A stretch of DNA of 64,000 bases from Nostoc sp. (GTDB lineage: Bacteria > Cyanobacteriota > Cyanobacteriia > Cyanobacteriales > Nostocaceae): assembly GCA_036918135.1 (NCBI GenBank), contig JBALDB010000002.1:1-64000 (forward strand), written 5' to 3'. The notes below the pieces were generated by a model. It was not told the DNA's origin. It made no database searches and saw nothing but the letters and a program-made list of their open reading frames with translations. The stretch's first letter is position 1. Each line of letters opens with the position of its first letter. The translations under genes were made by a program, and so were the position numbers. Below are positions 21,209 through 32,246 of the stretch, in pieces.

Positions 21209-23260
21209 ATGGATTTATTATCCAAGGGCGTGCCAAGAATGAAAAAGCCTTTATCGTCGCCGCCACAGTACTTAAATGACGTAGATCGACTACAACCTTA
21301 CCAAGTCAAGGTGATGCAGCATCAGGAAGAACCAGCCCTCCAGTTGGTACAAAAGATTAACCAAATAATTGTCAATAGCTCGTCGCCGACGCAATTGATG
21401 CTGCAAGATATTGCCCGATTGCTAGGAGTTACTTTTCAAGTAGATTGTTGCTGCTTGGTTTCAGTAACAGGTGAGATCTCCGACGAACCAACTGCTACGA
21501 ATTGGTGTGCTGATGAGTATTTAGGGTTACCACACCCAGAAGAGATATCTTCGATGGAACAGTTGCTTATGCACTCCCCAGTGCTGCAATGTGCTGCTGA
21601 ACCTTTGACTATTGAAGACATTTCTATCATTCAGAACAGTCTGGTAATTGGCTGTCAATATCTGCCACTACCGATAAAAGCAGTTTTAGCAATTCCTACC
21701 CGATTTGGTGGCAATAACAATGGTGTGATTTGTCTGATTAAATTCCAACCCTATGATTGGAGTGAATTAGAAAAACAACTGCTCAAACAGGTAGAGTCGT
21801 CTTGCGCGATCGCTTTTTCTCGAGTCGCACAAGTCCAGCTAATTGCTGAACAACAGCAGTACTTGCAAAAGAGTAACCAGCATCAAAACTTGATCAAGCA
21901 ATTAACTATATTAAGCCGTAGTAACTTGGAGCTCAATCAAATGCTCCAAGTAATTATTGCCTCTACAGCTGAATCTCTACAGGCAGATCGAGGTTTGCTA
22001 ATACTGTTGAAATATACAGATCCACTATTTAGGACTCAACCGAAAAAACAAATTCCCAAAGCCAAAGCTACGGTGGTCGGTGAATGGGCAAAGTCAACAA
22101 AAAATTGCCGCACCAGTAAACCAGATATTTTAGATCGGTCTTTTTTGCTTTCTGAGTGTGGTTTATGCCAGCGTGCCTTCATAGATTCTGGAAAACCAGT
22201 AATTTTTGATGATTATACAGCCCAAAACGATAGCTTCTCTGCTGCTGGATTATTTGCGCTAGAGGAATTACCCGCGGTAGTGTTAATGCCATTAGAAAAT
22301 CAAGGTAAAATCTTAGGATTTTTGGTATTACAGCAATCTTTTGCTCGCAGTTGGCAACCAGCAGAATTAAGTCTTGTGGAAATGGTTTGCGCTCAAGTGA
22401 GTAACGCCATTATTCAGTCACAGACATTGCGTCAAGTACAAACTTTGGTAGATGAGCGAACAGCAAAACTACAAAGCAGTTTGGAACTCCAAGCAAAATT
22501 GCATGAAAGAACCCGACAATATGTTGAGCAGTTGCGACAACTTAACGAACTCAAAGATGAATTTTTGAGTAATATGAGCGATCGCTTACGCTACCCTCTG
22601 ACAAACATGCTAATGTCAATTCGCAACTTACGTTTGCCAGGAATAGCAGCAGAGCGTCAGGTTAGGTATCTGGATATCCTAGAGCAGGAATGTACAAAAG
22701 AAATTAACTTAATAAATGACCTGCTGACACTCCAGAAACTAGAGTCACCTCACGAAGCTCCGCAATTAGAAACTATAAATTTAAATACTAGAATCCACCA
22801 TATAGCAGCATCTTTTGAGAAAAAACTTGCTGAGAAGGGATTAAACATTTCTTTAGAGTTACCACAAGAGTCGCTAAAACTGCAAACTGAACTAGAAAGT
22901 TTTGACCGCATTCTCCAAGAATTACTCACCAATGCTTGTAAATACTCAGAGCATGATAGCATAGTTCACCTACACGCCTTTCATCAAGTCGATCGACAAA
23001 TCGATCGAGTTATCATGAAAGTGACGAACATCGGACGTGCCATCTCCCAAGAAGAAGCGACTTACATCTTTGACAAGTTCCGTCGCGGAAAGGGACGCTG
23101 GACTCCTGGAACGGGTTTGGGACTTGCTTTAGTCAAGTCTTTAGTGCAGCATCTCAATGGGGCGATCGCAGTTGAAAGTCAACCAATACCTGATTCTCAA
23201 CAGAGCGAAATTTGCTTCACGCTGACTCTACCCCAATTTTCCTCAGAAAGCGAACCATAA
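21209..23260 (+). CDS. GAF-GAF sensor histidine kinase-like protein with atypical H-box
   Basis: Two GAF-like regions, FLSNMSDRLRYPLT, ELLTNACKY, GTGLGL. Confidence 0.88.
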   Translation: MDLLSKGVPRMKKPLSSPPQYLNDVDRLQPYQVKVMQHQEEPALQLVQKINQIIVNSSSPTQLMLQDIARLLGVTFQVDCCCLVSVTGEISDEPTATNWCADEYLGLPHPEEISSMEQLLMHSPVLQCAAEPLTIEDISIIQNSLVIGCQYLPLPIKAVLAIPTRFGGNNNGVICLIKFQPYDWSELEKQLLKQVESSCAIAFSRVAQVQLIAEQQQYLQKSNQHQNLIKQLTILSRSNLELNQMLQVIIASTAESLQADRGLLILLKYTDPLFRTQPKKQIPKAKATVVGEWAKSTKNCRTSKPDILDRSFLLSECGLCQRAFIDSGKPVIFDDYTAQNDSFSAAGLFALEELPAVVLMPLENQGKILGFLVLQQSFARSWQPAELSLVEMVCAQVSNAIIQSQTLRQVQTLVDERTAKLQSSLELQAKLHERTRQYVEQLRQLNELKDEFLSNMSDRLRYPLTNMLMSIRNLRLPGIAAERQVRYLDILEQECTKEINLINDLLTLQKLESPHEAPQLETINLNTRIHHIAASFEKKLAEKGLNISLELPQESLKLQTELESFDRILQELLTNACKYSEHDSIVHLHAFHQVDRQIDRVIMKVTNIGRAISQEEATYIFDKFRRGKGRWTPGTGLGLALVKSLVQHLNGAIAVESQPIPDSQQSEICFTLTLPQFSSESEP

Positions 23261-23268
23261 TTCTAAAA

Positions 23269-23874
23269 GTGACTCAAGAACCTAACACAACAGAGAACTT
23301 TGATTTCGAGTCTTCCACTGATGACATCAACTTAGAGGCTGATTTACCTGCTGATACAGTTGCTTTGTTGGCTAAAGTTGAAGTTCAAATTCAAAAATTA
23401 GCACAGCGACATCGGCAAATCAGTGCTAAAGTCAAAATTCCCCGACCAGTAGAACAAATTTGGCAGGTTCTAACAGATTACGAGGCCTTGGTTGACTTTA
23501 TTCCTAACCTTGCTAAAAGTCGTCTGATTGAGCATCCTAGTGGTGGTATTCGACTCGAGCAAATAGGTTCGCAGCGCTTACTAAATTTCAACTTTTGTGC
23601 GCGGGTAGTTCTGGATCTGGAAGAATACTTCCCGAAAAAAATTAATTTCCGCATGGTAGAAGGAGATTTTAAAGATTTCTCTGGTAGCTGGTGCTTAGAG
23701 CCTTACTTCGTTGGCGATCTGATCGGAACTAATCTCTGCTACACAATTCAAGTTTGGCCTAAACTCACTATGCCAGTGTCAATCATTGAAAATCGTCTGA
23801 GTAAAGATTTGAGATTAAATCTTCTGGCTATTTATCAACGTGTAGAAGGACTAGCCAGCAAAAAGTTTGATTGA
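23269..23874 (+). CDS. SRPBCC / polyketide cyclase-dehydrase family protein
   Basis: IWQVLTDYEALVDFIPNL, FRMVEGDFKDFSGSW; GTG start inferred. Confidence 0.88.
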   Translation: MTQEPNTTENFDFESSTDDINLEADLPADTVALLAKVEVQIQKLAQRHRQISAKVKIPRPVEQIWQVLTDYEALVDFIPNLAKSRLIEHPSGGIRLEQIGSQRLLNFNFCARVVLDLEEYFPKKINFRMVEGDFKDFSGSWCLEPYFVGDLIGTNLCYTIQVWPKLTMPVSIIENRLSKDLRLNLLAIYQRVEGLASKKFD

Positions 23875-23937
23875 CTAGATTACCGTTCAGAGTTACTCCT
23901 GAATGCCAAACAGCGGTTTTATATTTTAATTTTTTAG

Positions 23938-24010
23938 TACCCCCAGGGGAATTCGAATCCCCGTTACCTCCGTGAAAGGGAGGTGTCCTAGGCCTCTAGA
24001 CGATGGGGGC
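23938..24010 (-). tRNA. trnE: tRNA-Glu(TTC), housekeeping
   Basis: GCCCCCATCGTCTAGAGGCCTAGGACACCTCCCTTTCACGGAGG... canonical cloverleaf. Confidence 0.97.
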
Positions 24011-24338
24011 GTCAGACTCAGACCTTTTATAAGGTAACGAATTTCCTTAACAATGTCAACAGTTTTTGCCAAAGAAACTTGGTGGCAGCTAAACTGGGTG
24101 GAGGCAAAAGTTTAAAGAGGATACACAAGACATGAATAGACAAAAACAAGTCCGTAGATGCTTGTGCAGTTTTGGGCAGGATGCCTCAACGTCTGGCGCT
24201 GTTAATTTTAGTGGATGGTTAAATACAAAAAACGTAAAATTCCGGAAAGGAGAAAGGGTATGATGTTGTACCCTGTAGAGTTAATAATCTACGGTTTTTT
24301 AGAAAAGATTTTGAAATAAATAGCTCAAAATCTCGAAC

Positions 24339-26258
24339 ATGGAAGCATCTTTTGAAATCACGCTCCAGATGGCGATCGCTGTCTTTGCAGGCATTAGCGC
24401 CCAAGTGCTGGCTGCATACTTTCGAGTACCCAGCATCGTTTTGTTGTTGCTATTGGGCATCCTGTTTGGCTCTGATGGCATAGGACTGCTGCACCCTCAT
24501 TTGCTAGGCACTGGGCTAGAAGTTATTGTCGCCCTAGCAACGGCAATAATTTTATTTGAAGGTGGACTCAATTTAGATCTGCGAGAGTTAGGTAGAGTTT
24601 CACTCAGCCTACAATTGCTCGTCACTCTCGGAACCCTAATCACACTGCTTGGTGGGAGTATGGCTGCTCACTGGCTGGGTGAATTTCCTTGGAACATAGC
24701 TTTTCTCTATGCTTCCATAGTCGTGGTTACAGGCCCAACCGTGGTTGGGCCTCTGCTCAAACAAATCAATGTAGATCGGCAGGTAGCAACACTTTTAGAA
24801 GGGGAAGGGGTTTTAATTGACCCTGTAGGAGCAATCCTGGCTTTCGTTGTCCTCGATACGATTTTGAACGGCGATGCTGGCCTAATCAATGCGATCGTTG
24901 GTTTACTGATGCGGCTGGGTGTTGGTGCGGCAATTGGTGGTGTCGGCGGTTATCTGATGAGTTTGATTTTCAAACGCGCCAGTTTTCTGTCATTCGAGCT
25001 GAAAAACTTAGTTGTGCTGGCGATACTTTGGAGTCTGTTTACCTTATCGCAAATGATCCGCAGTGAATCAGGAGTAATGACAACAGTAGTTGCTGGAGCA
25101 GTGTTTGCCAACTCCTCAGTCCCAGAAGAACGTTTGTTAAGAAGCTTTAAGGGTCAGCTGACAATTCTTAGCGTTTCGGTACTGTTCATCCTATTAGCTG
25201 CCGATCTATCCATCGCCACTCTGTTTGCTTTGGGTTGGGGTAGTTTATTCACTGTTTTGGTATTAATGTTCGTCGTTCGCCCGATTAATATCCTGTTGTG
25301 TACCTGGAACAGTGACCTAAACTGGCGACAGAAATTGTTTTTAAGTTGGGTTGCTCCTAGAGGAATTGTTTCTGCCTCCGTTGCTTCTCTATTTGCGATT
25401 TTGTTGACACAGCGAGGTGTCAATGGCGGTGACTCTATCAAAGCTTTAGTCTTCTTGACAATTATCATGACTGTTGTCTGCCAAGGGCTAACGGCTGGCT
25501 GGATTGCTAAATTCCTGGAAATTACCTCGAAAGACGCAACTGGGGTAGTAATTGTGGGTTGTAATCCCTTGAGTCTTTTGATTGCCCGGTTCTTTCAAGA
25601 ACGCGAAGAAAACGTAGTGATGATTGACACTGACCCCCAATGTCTTGTACAAGCCGAGGCGCAAAATCTCCGCGTGATTGCTAGTAGTGGCTTGGATGCA
25701 GCTGTTTTGGAAGAAGCTGGACTTGCCTCTATGGGTACTTTTTTGGCGATGACAAATAATGGTGAGGTAAATTTTGTTTTAGCTCAACGAGCAGCTGAGG
25801 AGTTTAGTCCGCCCCGTGTGTTAGCAGTTTTTCCCCGCGATCCTCAAGCGAGTAGCTCAGCCCATAATAAAGTTAATCAAGCTTTTGTCCCAGACTTAGC
25901 CATTAAGACTTGGAATGAATATCTCAATGATGGGCGAATCAAGTTGGGGACAACTACGCTCAATGAGTTGGAATTTTCCACTCAATACGATCGCATCCAA
26001 GAGAAAATTCGGACTGGGGTACTAATACCGCTATTGGTAGAACGAGAAGAACGCTTACAGGTAATGCCAGCTAACCAAGAATGGGAAGTTGGCGATCGGA
26101 TTATCTACCTATTGCATGACACCAGACCTAGCCTTTTAAAACGTTTATCTGGCGCTACCCAATCCACTCCCCTATCTTTAGAAAAGTTACCAGAGGTAGA
26201 AGACCTACCTTTGGGTCAATTATCTGAGCTTTCCACTAGTGAAAGTGCTGGCAGATGA
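24339..26258 (+). CDS. CPA1 cation/H+ antiporter with TrkA-N domain
   Basis: Multi-TM, TGPTVV, LEGEGVLIDP, APRGIV; C-terminal NAD-binding-like domain. Confidence 0.92.
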   Translation: MEASFEITLQMAIAVFAGISAQVLAAYFRVPSIVLLLLLGILFGSDGIGLLHPHLLGTGLEVIVALATAIILFEGGLNLDLRELGRVSLSLQLLVTLGTLITLLGGSMAAHWLGEFPWNIAFLYASIVVVTGPTVVGPLLKQINVDRQVATLLEGEGVLIDPVGAILAFVVLDTILNGDAGLINAIVGLLMRLGVGAAIGGVGGYLMSLIFKRASFLSFELKNLVVLAILWSLFTLSQMIRSESGVMTTVVAGAVFANSSVPEERLLRSFKGQLTILSVSVLFILLAADLSIATLFALGWGSLFTVLVLMFVVRPINILLCTWNSDLNWRQKLFLSWVAPRGIVSASVASLFAILLTQRGVNGGDSIKALVFLTIIMTVVCQGLTAGWIAKFLEITSKDATGVVIVGCNPLSLLIARFFQEREENVVMIDTDPQCLVQAEAQNLRVIASSGLDAAVLEEAGLASMGTFLAMTNNGEVNFVLAQRAAEEFSPPRVLAVFPRDPQASSSAHNKVNQAFVPDLAIKTWNEYLNDGRIKLGTTTLNELEFSTQYDRIQEKIRTGVLIPLLVEREERLQVMPANQEWEVGDRIIYLLHDTRPSLLKRLSGATQSTPLSLEKLPEVEDLPLGQLSELSTSESAGR

Positions 26259-26366
26259 GGGAGATGGGGTTCAACTTGGCGGTAGTTGAATCTCGACGCT
26301 CGATTTTTGTGTAGTCGAAACTCACCAACCGGGGATGGGGAGAATTCTTAACTTAACACTCAACAC

Positions 26367-26963
26367 TTAACACTCAGCACCCTGTTGCCATTCTTGCCAT
26401 ACTAAAGCAGATAAATGCACTACAGCCAGAATTACTGTCGTCATCGCAATCAGATAAGTGTGTATCGTGTAAAGGTGTTCGATAGTAACTGTGCTAATAG
26501 CTCCACCACCTGTGAGGATGTCGCGCAGTTGCCCACCAATTAGAGGAATCGCTTCGATGGTTCCTAACTCGATACTAAAACGCCAGTAGCCTTCTTGAGT
26601 CCAGTCTAAAATCATCGCTGTCCAATCTAGCCCGATCGCACTCAAGGTCAACAAAATCCCACTAATCCAAGCACTCAGCCAACTCTTGCGAAATTGCCGA
26701 CCTAAAAACATGACTACAAGTTGAATCAAGGCGATCGCAATTAGCCCGTTACCAGCAACATCATGCGCTCTCCGAAACAACCAGCCGTATGGCAGTTGTG
26801 TATTAATCATCTTTAAGGAGTTATAAGCACCGCCAGCTGTCGGTTCGTAGTAAAAAGAAAGTAAAACTCCGCTAGAAACGTAAATTAAGCACAAAGTCAG
26901 AATTACAACTGATAATATCGTCGCTACTCGTTGCAAAATCCTATCGAACTGGGTGCTTTGCAT
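26367..26963 (-). CDS. cytochrome b N-terminal-domain protein (PetB-like paralog)
   Basis: YYEPT, GWLFRRAH, WISG, YTIH...VVH heme-ligand pattern. Confidence 0.85.
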   Translation of the reverse strand: MQSTQFDRILQRVATILSVVILTLCLIYVSSGVLLSFYYEPTAGGAYNSLKMINTQLPYGWLFRRAHDVAGNGLIAIALIQLVVMFLGRQFRKSWLSAWISGILLTLSAIGLDWTAMILDWTQEGYWRFSIELGTIEAIPLIGGQLRDILTGGGAISTVTIEHLYTIHTYLIAMTTVILAVVHLSALVWQEWQQGAEC

Positions 26964-27062
26964 GGCTCACCCCTCCTGTTCTTAAGTAGGTATTTATTCT
27001 TATACAATTCTAGCTAATAAATTTTAATAAATTTTACTTTTCTTATATAAAAATAAAGTTTT

Positions 27063-27758
27063 TTAAATCAGGTATTGCGCCCAAGCTTTTAATGGTTCTG
27101 GTGAGCCGTACCAAATTCCAGGACTTCTAGGAGAATGCTTCACACCTGGAATTACAATATTTTCTGCGCCTTCCAAGTGAGCTGCTTCAATAGGCGTGAT
27201 TCCATCTCCCCAAGTGTTACCTTTGCCACAGGTTAATTGGTAACTACTGTAAGCTAACCAGCTACCGCGCCGTCTTTGTCCAAAGATAGTTTTGCCTGCT
27301 ACGCATACGTAACGAACGTTTTTGTAAAAAGCTCCAGGATAGTTTTTGGTAACAAAATCCAAGTTTGAGCGTGTCCAGCGTTCTTGGCTAATGTGGGGTG
27401 TACCCAAGGTGATGAAAGTAGCAACCAAGGGATGAGCTTGCCAAAGCGATGGTTTGAGATCGCCGCGTGCCAAATAGGGTTTTTCTCCGATGTAGATGCG
27501 CGATATCCAACCTCCGGCTGAGTGACCAATCAAGTTAATTTGAGTAGCGTTATATTGCTGCAATATTTTCTCGACTGTACGATCGAGTTGTTGCAAAATC
27601 GGCGTTACAGATCTTCCCCCGATCGTGGGCAGCCAGTCACGTCGTCGTAGTGGTACTGTGACGGTGGGAAAACTTAACTGTTGTAGAGATTGTTCTAGTT
27701 GGCGGTAAGCGATCGCGCTTTCTAGATATCCAGGCACAATAACTGTCGGTAAGGGCAT
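27063..27758 (-). CDS. lipase/esterase family protein
   Basis: LIGHSAGG, TLGTPH, GDGITP. Confidence 0.88.
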   Translation of the reverse strand: MPLPTVIVPGYLESAIAYRQLEQSLQQLSFPTVTVPLRRRDWLPTIGGRSVTPILQQLDRTVEKILQQYNATQINLIGHSAGGWISRIYIGEKPYLARGDLKPSLWQAHPLVATFITLGTPHISQERWTRSNLDFVTKNYPGAFYKNVRYVCVAGKTIFGQRRRGSWLAYSSYQLTCGKGNTWGDGITPIEAAHLEGAENIVIPGVKHSPRSPGIWYGSPEPLKAWAQYLI

Positions 27759-28370
27759 TTGAAATTTTGTTTGGCTGCAAGGATTGAAGGTTTGAAATTT
27801 TTTAATCAATAATGTTAAAAGCTAGAAGCTCAAATTACCATTGTCTTACTTCTTGATTCCTGGGAACAAAACCCAAATACCTAATAGATGGGTTTGAAAG
27901 CTAGAATGTCAATAAAATAGTACAATTTACAACAGTTTTAGCAGTGGCTGATATGGTACTATTTTGACAAAGGGCGTAGTCTATCAAGAGGAAATGTGCC
28001 ATTTGTTACGGAAGCCAGGTTGACTGAAAAACAGTAGAAAAAATCATGCGACTTAAGCAAATGTTGCAATCTAGTCAGACTTGTAAGATATCTCAAACTT
28101 GATAAATATCTGAGATATTAGTTCCAATTATGCGCCTGATAACAATAAAAAATAAAAGTACTAATTGTTCAAATATCTCTTGAGCAAACGAAACCGGAAG
28201 ATATGATACAGCATTTAAGAAATCAAAAACTTGAGTAAATCACAACCTGAGCATTTGAACTGCCAGTAGAGGAAGTTATTATTTCCTTAGAGGGACGCAT
28301 CTCTTGACAATATAGTCAGAAAAGAAAATTGTTAATCAACTGCAATTGAGCCGAGTGAACGATAACCGCT

Positions 28371-29999
28371 ATGTCTTACGTCTCCCTGCTGAAAAACATA
28401 CCAGAAATTATTACCCAACCGATTGGGATAGCAGCTTTAGCCTCTGTTGGTATCCACGGTGCGATCGCCATGATTGTACCATTGATGCCCATAGACTCTA
28501 CCAAGCCCGAAGAAACGGCATCATCAAAAACAGTCGGACTTATGGAATTGAGCCAAGCCGACCAAAGCCGTTTACCGCAAAGCACCCCCCAAGTTGGTTT
28601 ACAACAATTACCGCCAATAGCGCCACTTTCTCCACCGAATTTTACCGCCCAGACTATATTACCTCCATTGGGATCGCCGCCATCGAGCCAGCTAGTACTG
28701 CCTCCCCTACCTCCATCAGCAAATAACTATCGGGTTTCCTCGATGCCGACAAGGCAGTCTTTGCGGATGATTCCTAGTTCTAATATAGGATTTGACGCTT
28801 CTAAATTTGACAGTTCTAAATACAATAGCAGCCCTAAATTCTCGCCATCAGTTCCTCAGGTTCCTCGTTTGAGTGAGAGCGATCGCAAATACCAAGCACT
28901 TAAACCGCTACCTATAAATAGGTTGCCACAATTGCAGTCGCAGAACATACCTGATGACATTCTACAAAATGCCCAATCTCAGAACCTTTCTGATACTGCC
29001 TCAATTACTACAGCACAGGTAAATCCAACTCCCCGAATAACGCAACCTAGTGATAATGCGTTTAAAATTGCTCAAAATCCGCCCATCAACTCTATAAGAC
29101 AAACTCCAAACGAGAATATTTTAATTGGAACTAGGGTGAGTACGCCTCAGTCAAGCGATTTATCGCCCAAAGGAACTCAACAGGCAATTGCTCAGCTGGA
29201 TTCTTACAATGCTTTAAGAAAAGAAGTCCAGCAACAATACCCCAACGCTCAACAAAAACCAGTTATTCGACAAACACTAGCCACAGACAGGCCGAATCTA
29301 GAAGGAGCTGTTTTGGGGATGTTAGTGGTAGACCCAGATGGCAAGGTGTTAGATATCAAGTTCCAAGACAAGTTACTTTCACCAGAATTGCGAACAAAAG
29401 CAAGGGAATACTTTAGCAAACAATCCCCTAAGGGAGATAAAAAAATCAGTTCTTATCCATTTAATCTAGTTTTCCAAAATAACACAATTGGAACTACTCA
29501 AGAGCAAAAGCCATTCCCATTATTAGCTCCAGGAGTTAATAGCAATCAGCTGACGCCATCGCCAGCATCTACTTCTAAGCCATTATCAGAAGCGCCAATT
29601 AAAAATAACCAGCCTGCGTCTTTACCCGCAAATACTCTTAAACCCTTGGTTGTACCAGGAGTGAGCAACTCACCCACTAGAGGTACTGCACAACCATCAT
29701 CCCAGCTGCGAATCCCAAATAATCAGTCCTTGCCCACAGGTACTCTTAAACCATTAGTTGTACCAAAATTCAATAGCAATCAACCTCAAACCCTACCAGC
29801 AGCTACTTCTAAACCATCATCCGAAGTATTAATTAGAAACAATCAACTTGCGCCTTCACCAGCAGCTAGTACTTCTGACCCGTTATCAGTGCCAAGAGTC
29901 AATAAAAATCAGTCTACATCTACTCCTAAATCGGAGCAACAATTACTACAGCAGTTGCGCCAAGTGAAGGAAAACAGACAAAAGTCTAATGCACAATAA
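28371..29999 (+). CDS. Pro/Ser/Gln-rich membrane-anchored hypothetical protein (TonB-C-like central domain)
   Basis: N-terminal TM with SVGIHG; low-complexity linkers; GMLVVDPDGKV. Confidence 0.7.
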   Translation: MSYVSLLKNIPEIITQPIGIAALASVGIHGAIAMIVPLMPIDSTKPEETASSKTVGLMELSQADQSRLPQSTPQVGLQQLPPIAPLSPPNFTAQTILPPLGSPPSSQLVLPPLPPSANNYRVSSMPTRQSLRMIPSSNIGFDASKFDSSKYNSSPKFSPSVPQVPRLSESDRKYQALKPLPINRLPQLQSQNIPDDILQNAQSQNLSDTASITTAQVNPTPRITQPSDNAFKIAQNPPINSIRQTPNENILIGTRVSTPQSSDLSPKGTQQAIAQLDSYNALRKEVQQQYPNAQQKPVIRQTLATDRPNLEGAVLGMLVVDPDGKVLDIKFQDKLLSPELRTKAREYFSKQSPKGDKKISSYPFNLVFQNNTIGTTQEQKPFPLLAPGVNSNQLTPSPASTSKPLSEAPIKNNQPASLPANTLKPLVVPGVSNSPTRGTAQPSSQLRIPNNQSLPTGTLKPLVVPKFNSNQPQTLPAATSKPSSEVLIRNNQLAPSPAASTSDPLSVPRVNKNQSTSTPKSEQQLLQQLRQVKENRQKSNAQ

Positions 30000-30240
30000 T
30001 AGTTACTGACTATTAAAAAGTAAAAAGATAAAAGGAAAAAGTAAAAAAAGAATCTCCATAAATTTATATGGCTGACAAATCTTTTTATTTATTCTTTAGT
30101 TTCGTCTTTTTACTTTTATATTGTTCAGTAATTATTTATCTCTCACGTCAAAAGTAGAAATCAGCAAGAAGTCTTAGATATAAAAAACTTCGTTGAAAAA
30201 TCTACCACTTATTAACTAAGGTGATTAGCTTTTAGCTACT

Positions 30241-30585
30241 TTACCAGCCTTGTTCTGCATTTTGAAAAACATAAGCAGCCACCTCTAGAATCTCTTGAGG
30301 ACTTAACTTGTCTTTAAAGGCAGGCATAGCATTTTTACCATTCTGCACTTGGTAGATAATCGCCTGAATTGAGTTGCTATCGTAATTTTGTAGGTATTTT
30401 AATAATGCTTCCTTTTTCAAGGTTTTCTCGCTAATCAGGATGTTACCACCACCGATATGGCAAGAAGCGCAGTTAGCCTCAAAAATTTTAATACCATTGG
30501 ATGTTTCGGCAGCTAATGCTGGGGGAATGAGTGTTAATTTGAATATGGCGATCGCTAAGAGCAAAATTAATAAAAGTATTCTCAA
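30241..30585 (-). CDS. petJ: cytochrome c6 family protein
   Basis: Signal peptide, CASCH heme site, GKNAMPAF. Confidence 0.88.
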   Translation of the reverse strand: MRILLLILLLAIAIFKLTLIPPALAAETSNGIKIFEANCASCHIGGGNILISEKTLKKEALLKYLQNYDSNSIQAIIYQVQNGKNAMPAFKDKLSPQEILEVAAYVFQNAEQGW

Positions 30586-30839
30586 GAGAATTTCCTCGCA
30601 ACAAGCCTCCAGAAAGAGTATAAACGCGATTAATCACTGATTAAAGTCAGATTCAATCAAAATTGGCGGTAACGAGTTTTCCCTCCGTTGCCACATACTG
30701 GTTAGCGTCTTAGGTGGGTAGATGACTCGTTACCGCCATTATGCATTGTGTGGGTCACTCTGAGAGTGTGGCGTGTTGCTTACAAGCTGATTTCACTGGG
30801 AGAAGCTGAAAAAATCATCTAGTCTCAACGATGATGTTT

Positions 30840-31259
30840 TTAGCTTTGGACAGTGATTTTACCAACCATCCCAGCACCACGGTGAGGTTCGCAGTAGAAG
30901 GTGTAGTCACCAGCAGGTGCATCTTCAGGGAAAGTGGTTGTTACCTTTTGGCCAGGACTCATCAACTGTTTCTTATGAGACAGAGATGTTGCTAATTCCT
31001 TACTGCTAGATGGGTTTTTCGCAGGATCGAACACAACATTATGAGGGGGAACTTTGTTGTTCACCCATTCAATTGTATCACCTGGCTTAATTGTCAAGTT
31101 TTTCGGATCGAATGCCAGCATTCCTTTATCGGTACCAAGTTTCACCTTGTATGTTTCAGCCGCAGCGCTGGGAGTAAAAACAGCGAAACTGCTAACAACT
31201 AAAAGGATTGTTAACACAGCTAAACTCAGGCGTCGCCAGCTTGCCGAAATAAATTTCAT
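30840..31259 (-). CDS. petE: plastocyanin
   Basis: PHNVVFD and YCEPHRGAGM copper ligands. Confidence 0.97.
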   Translation of the reverse strand: MKFISASWRRLSLAVLTILLVVSSFAVFTPSAAAETYKVKLGTDKGMLAFDPKNLTIKPGDTIEWVNNKVPPHNVVFDPAKNPSSSKELATSLSHKKQLMSPGQKVTTTFPEDAPAGDYTFYCEPHRGAGMVGKITVQS

Positions 31260-31633
31260 GACTCTCTCCTAACAAAGATTTTTTTCCTTTCTCATTTTAA
31301 ATAAAATCAACGCCAAATATGACAATATGTCATAGATAGAATTTTTTTTTAAGAATGGGCAGGAAATTATAACAAAAAACTGTGCACTCAATCAGTCATA
31401 AATAGTAGACTGCCATACCCTAAAAAACTCTCTAAATGAAGGGTAAATGCTAAAATCAAAAATTTTTATGTTTTTTGGATGAAAACAGGGGACTGAGGAT
31501 TGGGGACTGGGGAGTTAGGAGAAAAGAATAGTCGGCTTTGTCTGACTTATCCCTTCAATACCCAATACTCTATGCCCTCCAATACCCAATACCCAATCCC
31601 CAAGGACTCAACACTAAGTGCTAATCGAGGGAT

Positions 31634-32125
31634 TTAGTAATAGATTTTTCCGCCCCCCCACTTAGTGCCAACAACTTTGGGTTGCAGAAGAATATGACCA
31701 GCGATCGCTACTAAATCATCATCCGTCAAATTTCGCATTTCTGTGAAAATATCTGCGCTCTTAGTGCTGGGATGTAATTCGGAAATTTCCTCTACCCCGT
31801 CGTAAGTAGTGGGATTTTTCATATAATCCACCAAGCCTTCAATGTTATTACGGTTTGGTGTTGCTAATGCCAGAGCTTCTGGTTCTAATCCCACGTTTTG
31901 GTTAGTCTTGGTAACGCCACCAACATGACATTGGGCACAAGCGTAAGCAAATAAGCGTTTGCCTTCTTTGACTTGTTTGAGGCTAAGTACGGTAGTATCA
32001 CCTTGATCGTTTAATGCCACTGTCCGGGTAGTTTTGTCCAGTTCCACTGCTGTCGCGTTACCGACAATCAACCCAAACGTGAGTAAAACAGTAGCCACAA
32101 CAACGCCAATTAGTCTTCTAAACAT
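31634..32125 (-). CDS. psbV: photosystem II cytochrome c-550
   Basis: CAQCH, YMKNPTTYDG, KWGGGKIYY. Confidence 0.97.
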   Translation of the reverse strand: MFRRLIGVVVATVLLTFGLIVGNATAVELDKTTRTVALNDQGDTTVLSLKQVKEGKRLFAYACAQCHVGGVTKTNQNVGLEPEALALATPNRNNIEGLVDYMKNPTTYDGVEEISELHPSTKSADIFTEMRNLTDDDLVAIAGHILLQPKVVGTKWGGGKIYY

Positions 32126-32246
32126 GTTTCCCCTTAAAGATTTTGACGCTCAACACAGCTAATAAAACGATGCTCAATCTCCATATCCCAAGCCGGAAAT
32201 AGCTTTTGAGGTAACTTCGGTATCACCCACCGAGTCGCCAACCTTT

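Noticed and set aside
23938..24010. tRNA-Glu (and tRNA-Ser at 52836) as integration sites
   Set aside because: No integrase or duplicated 3' end seen nearby.
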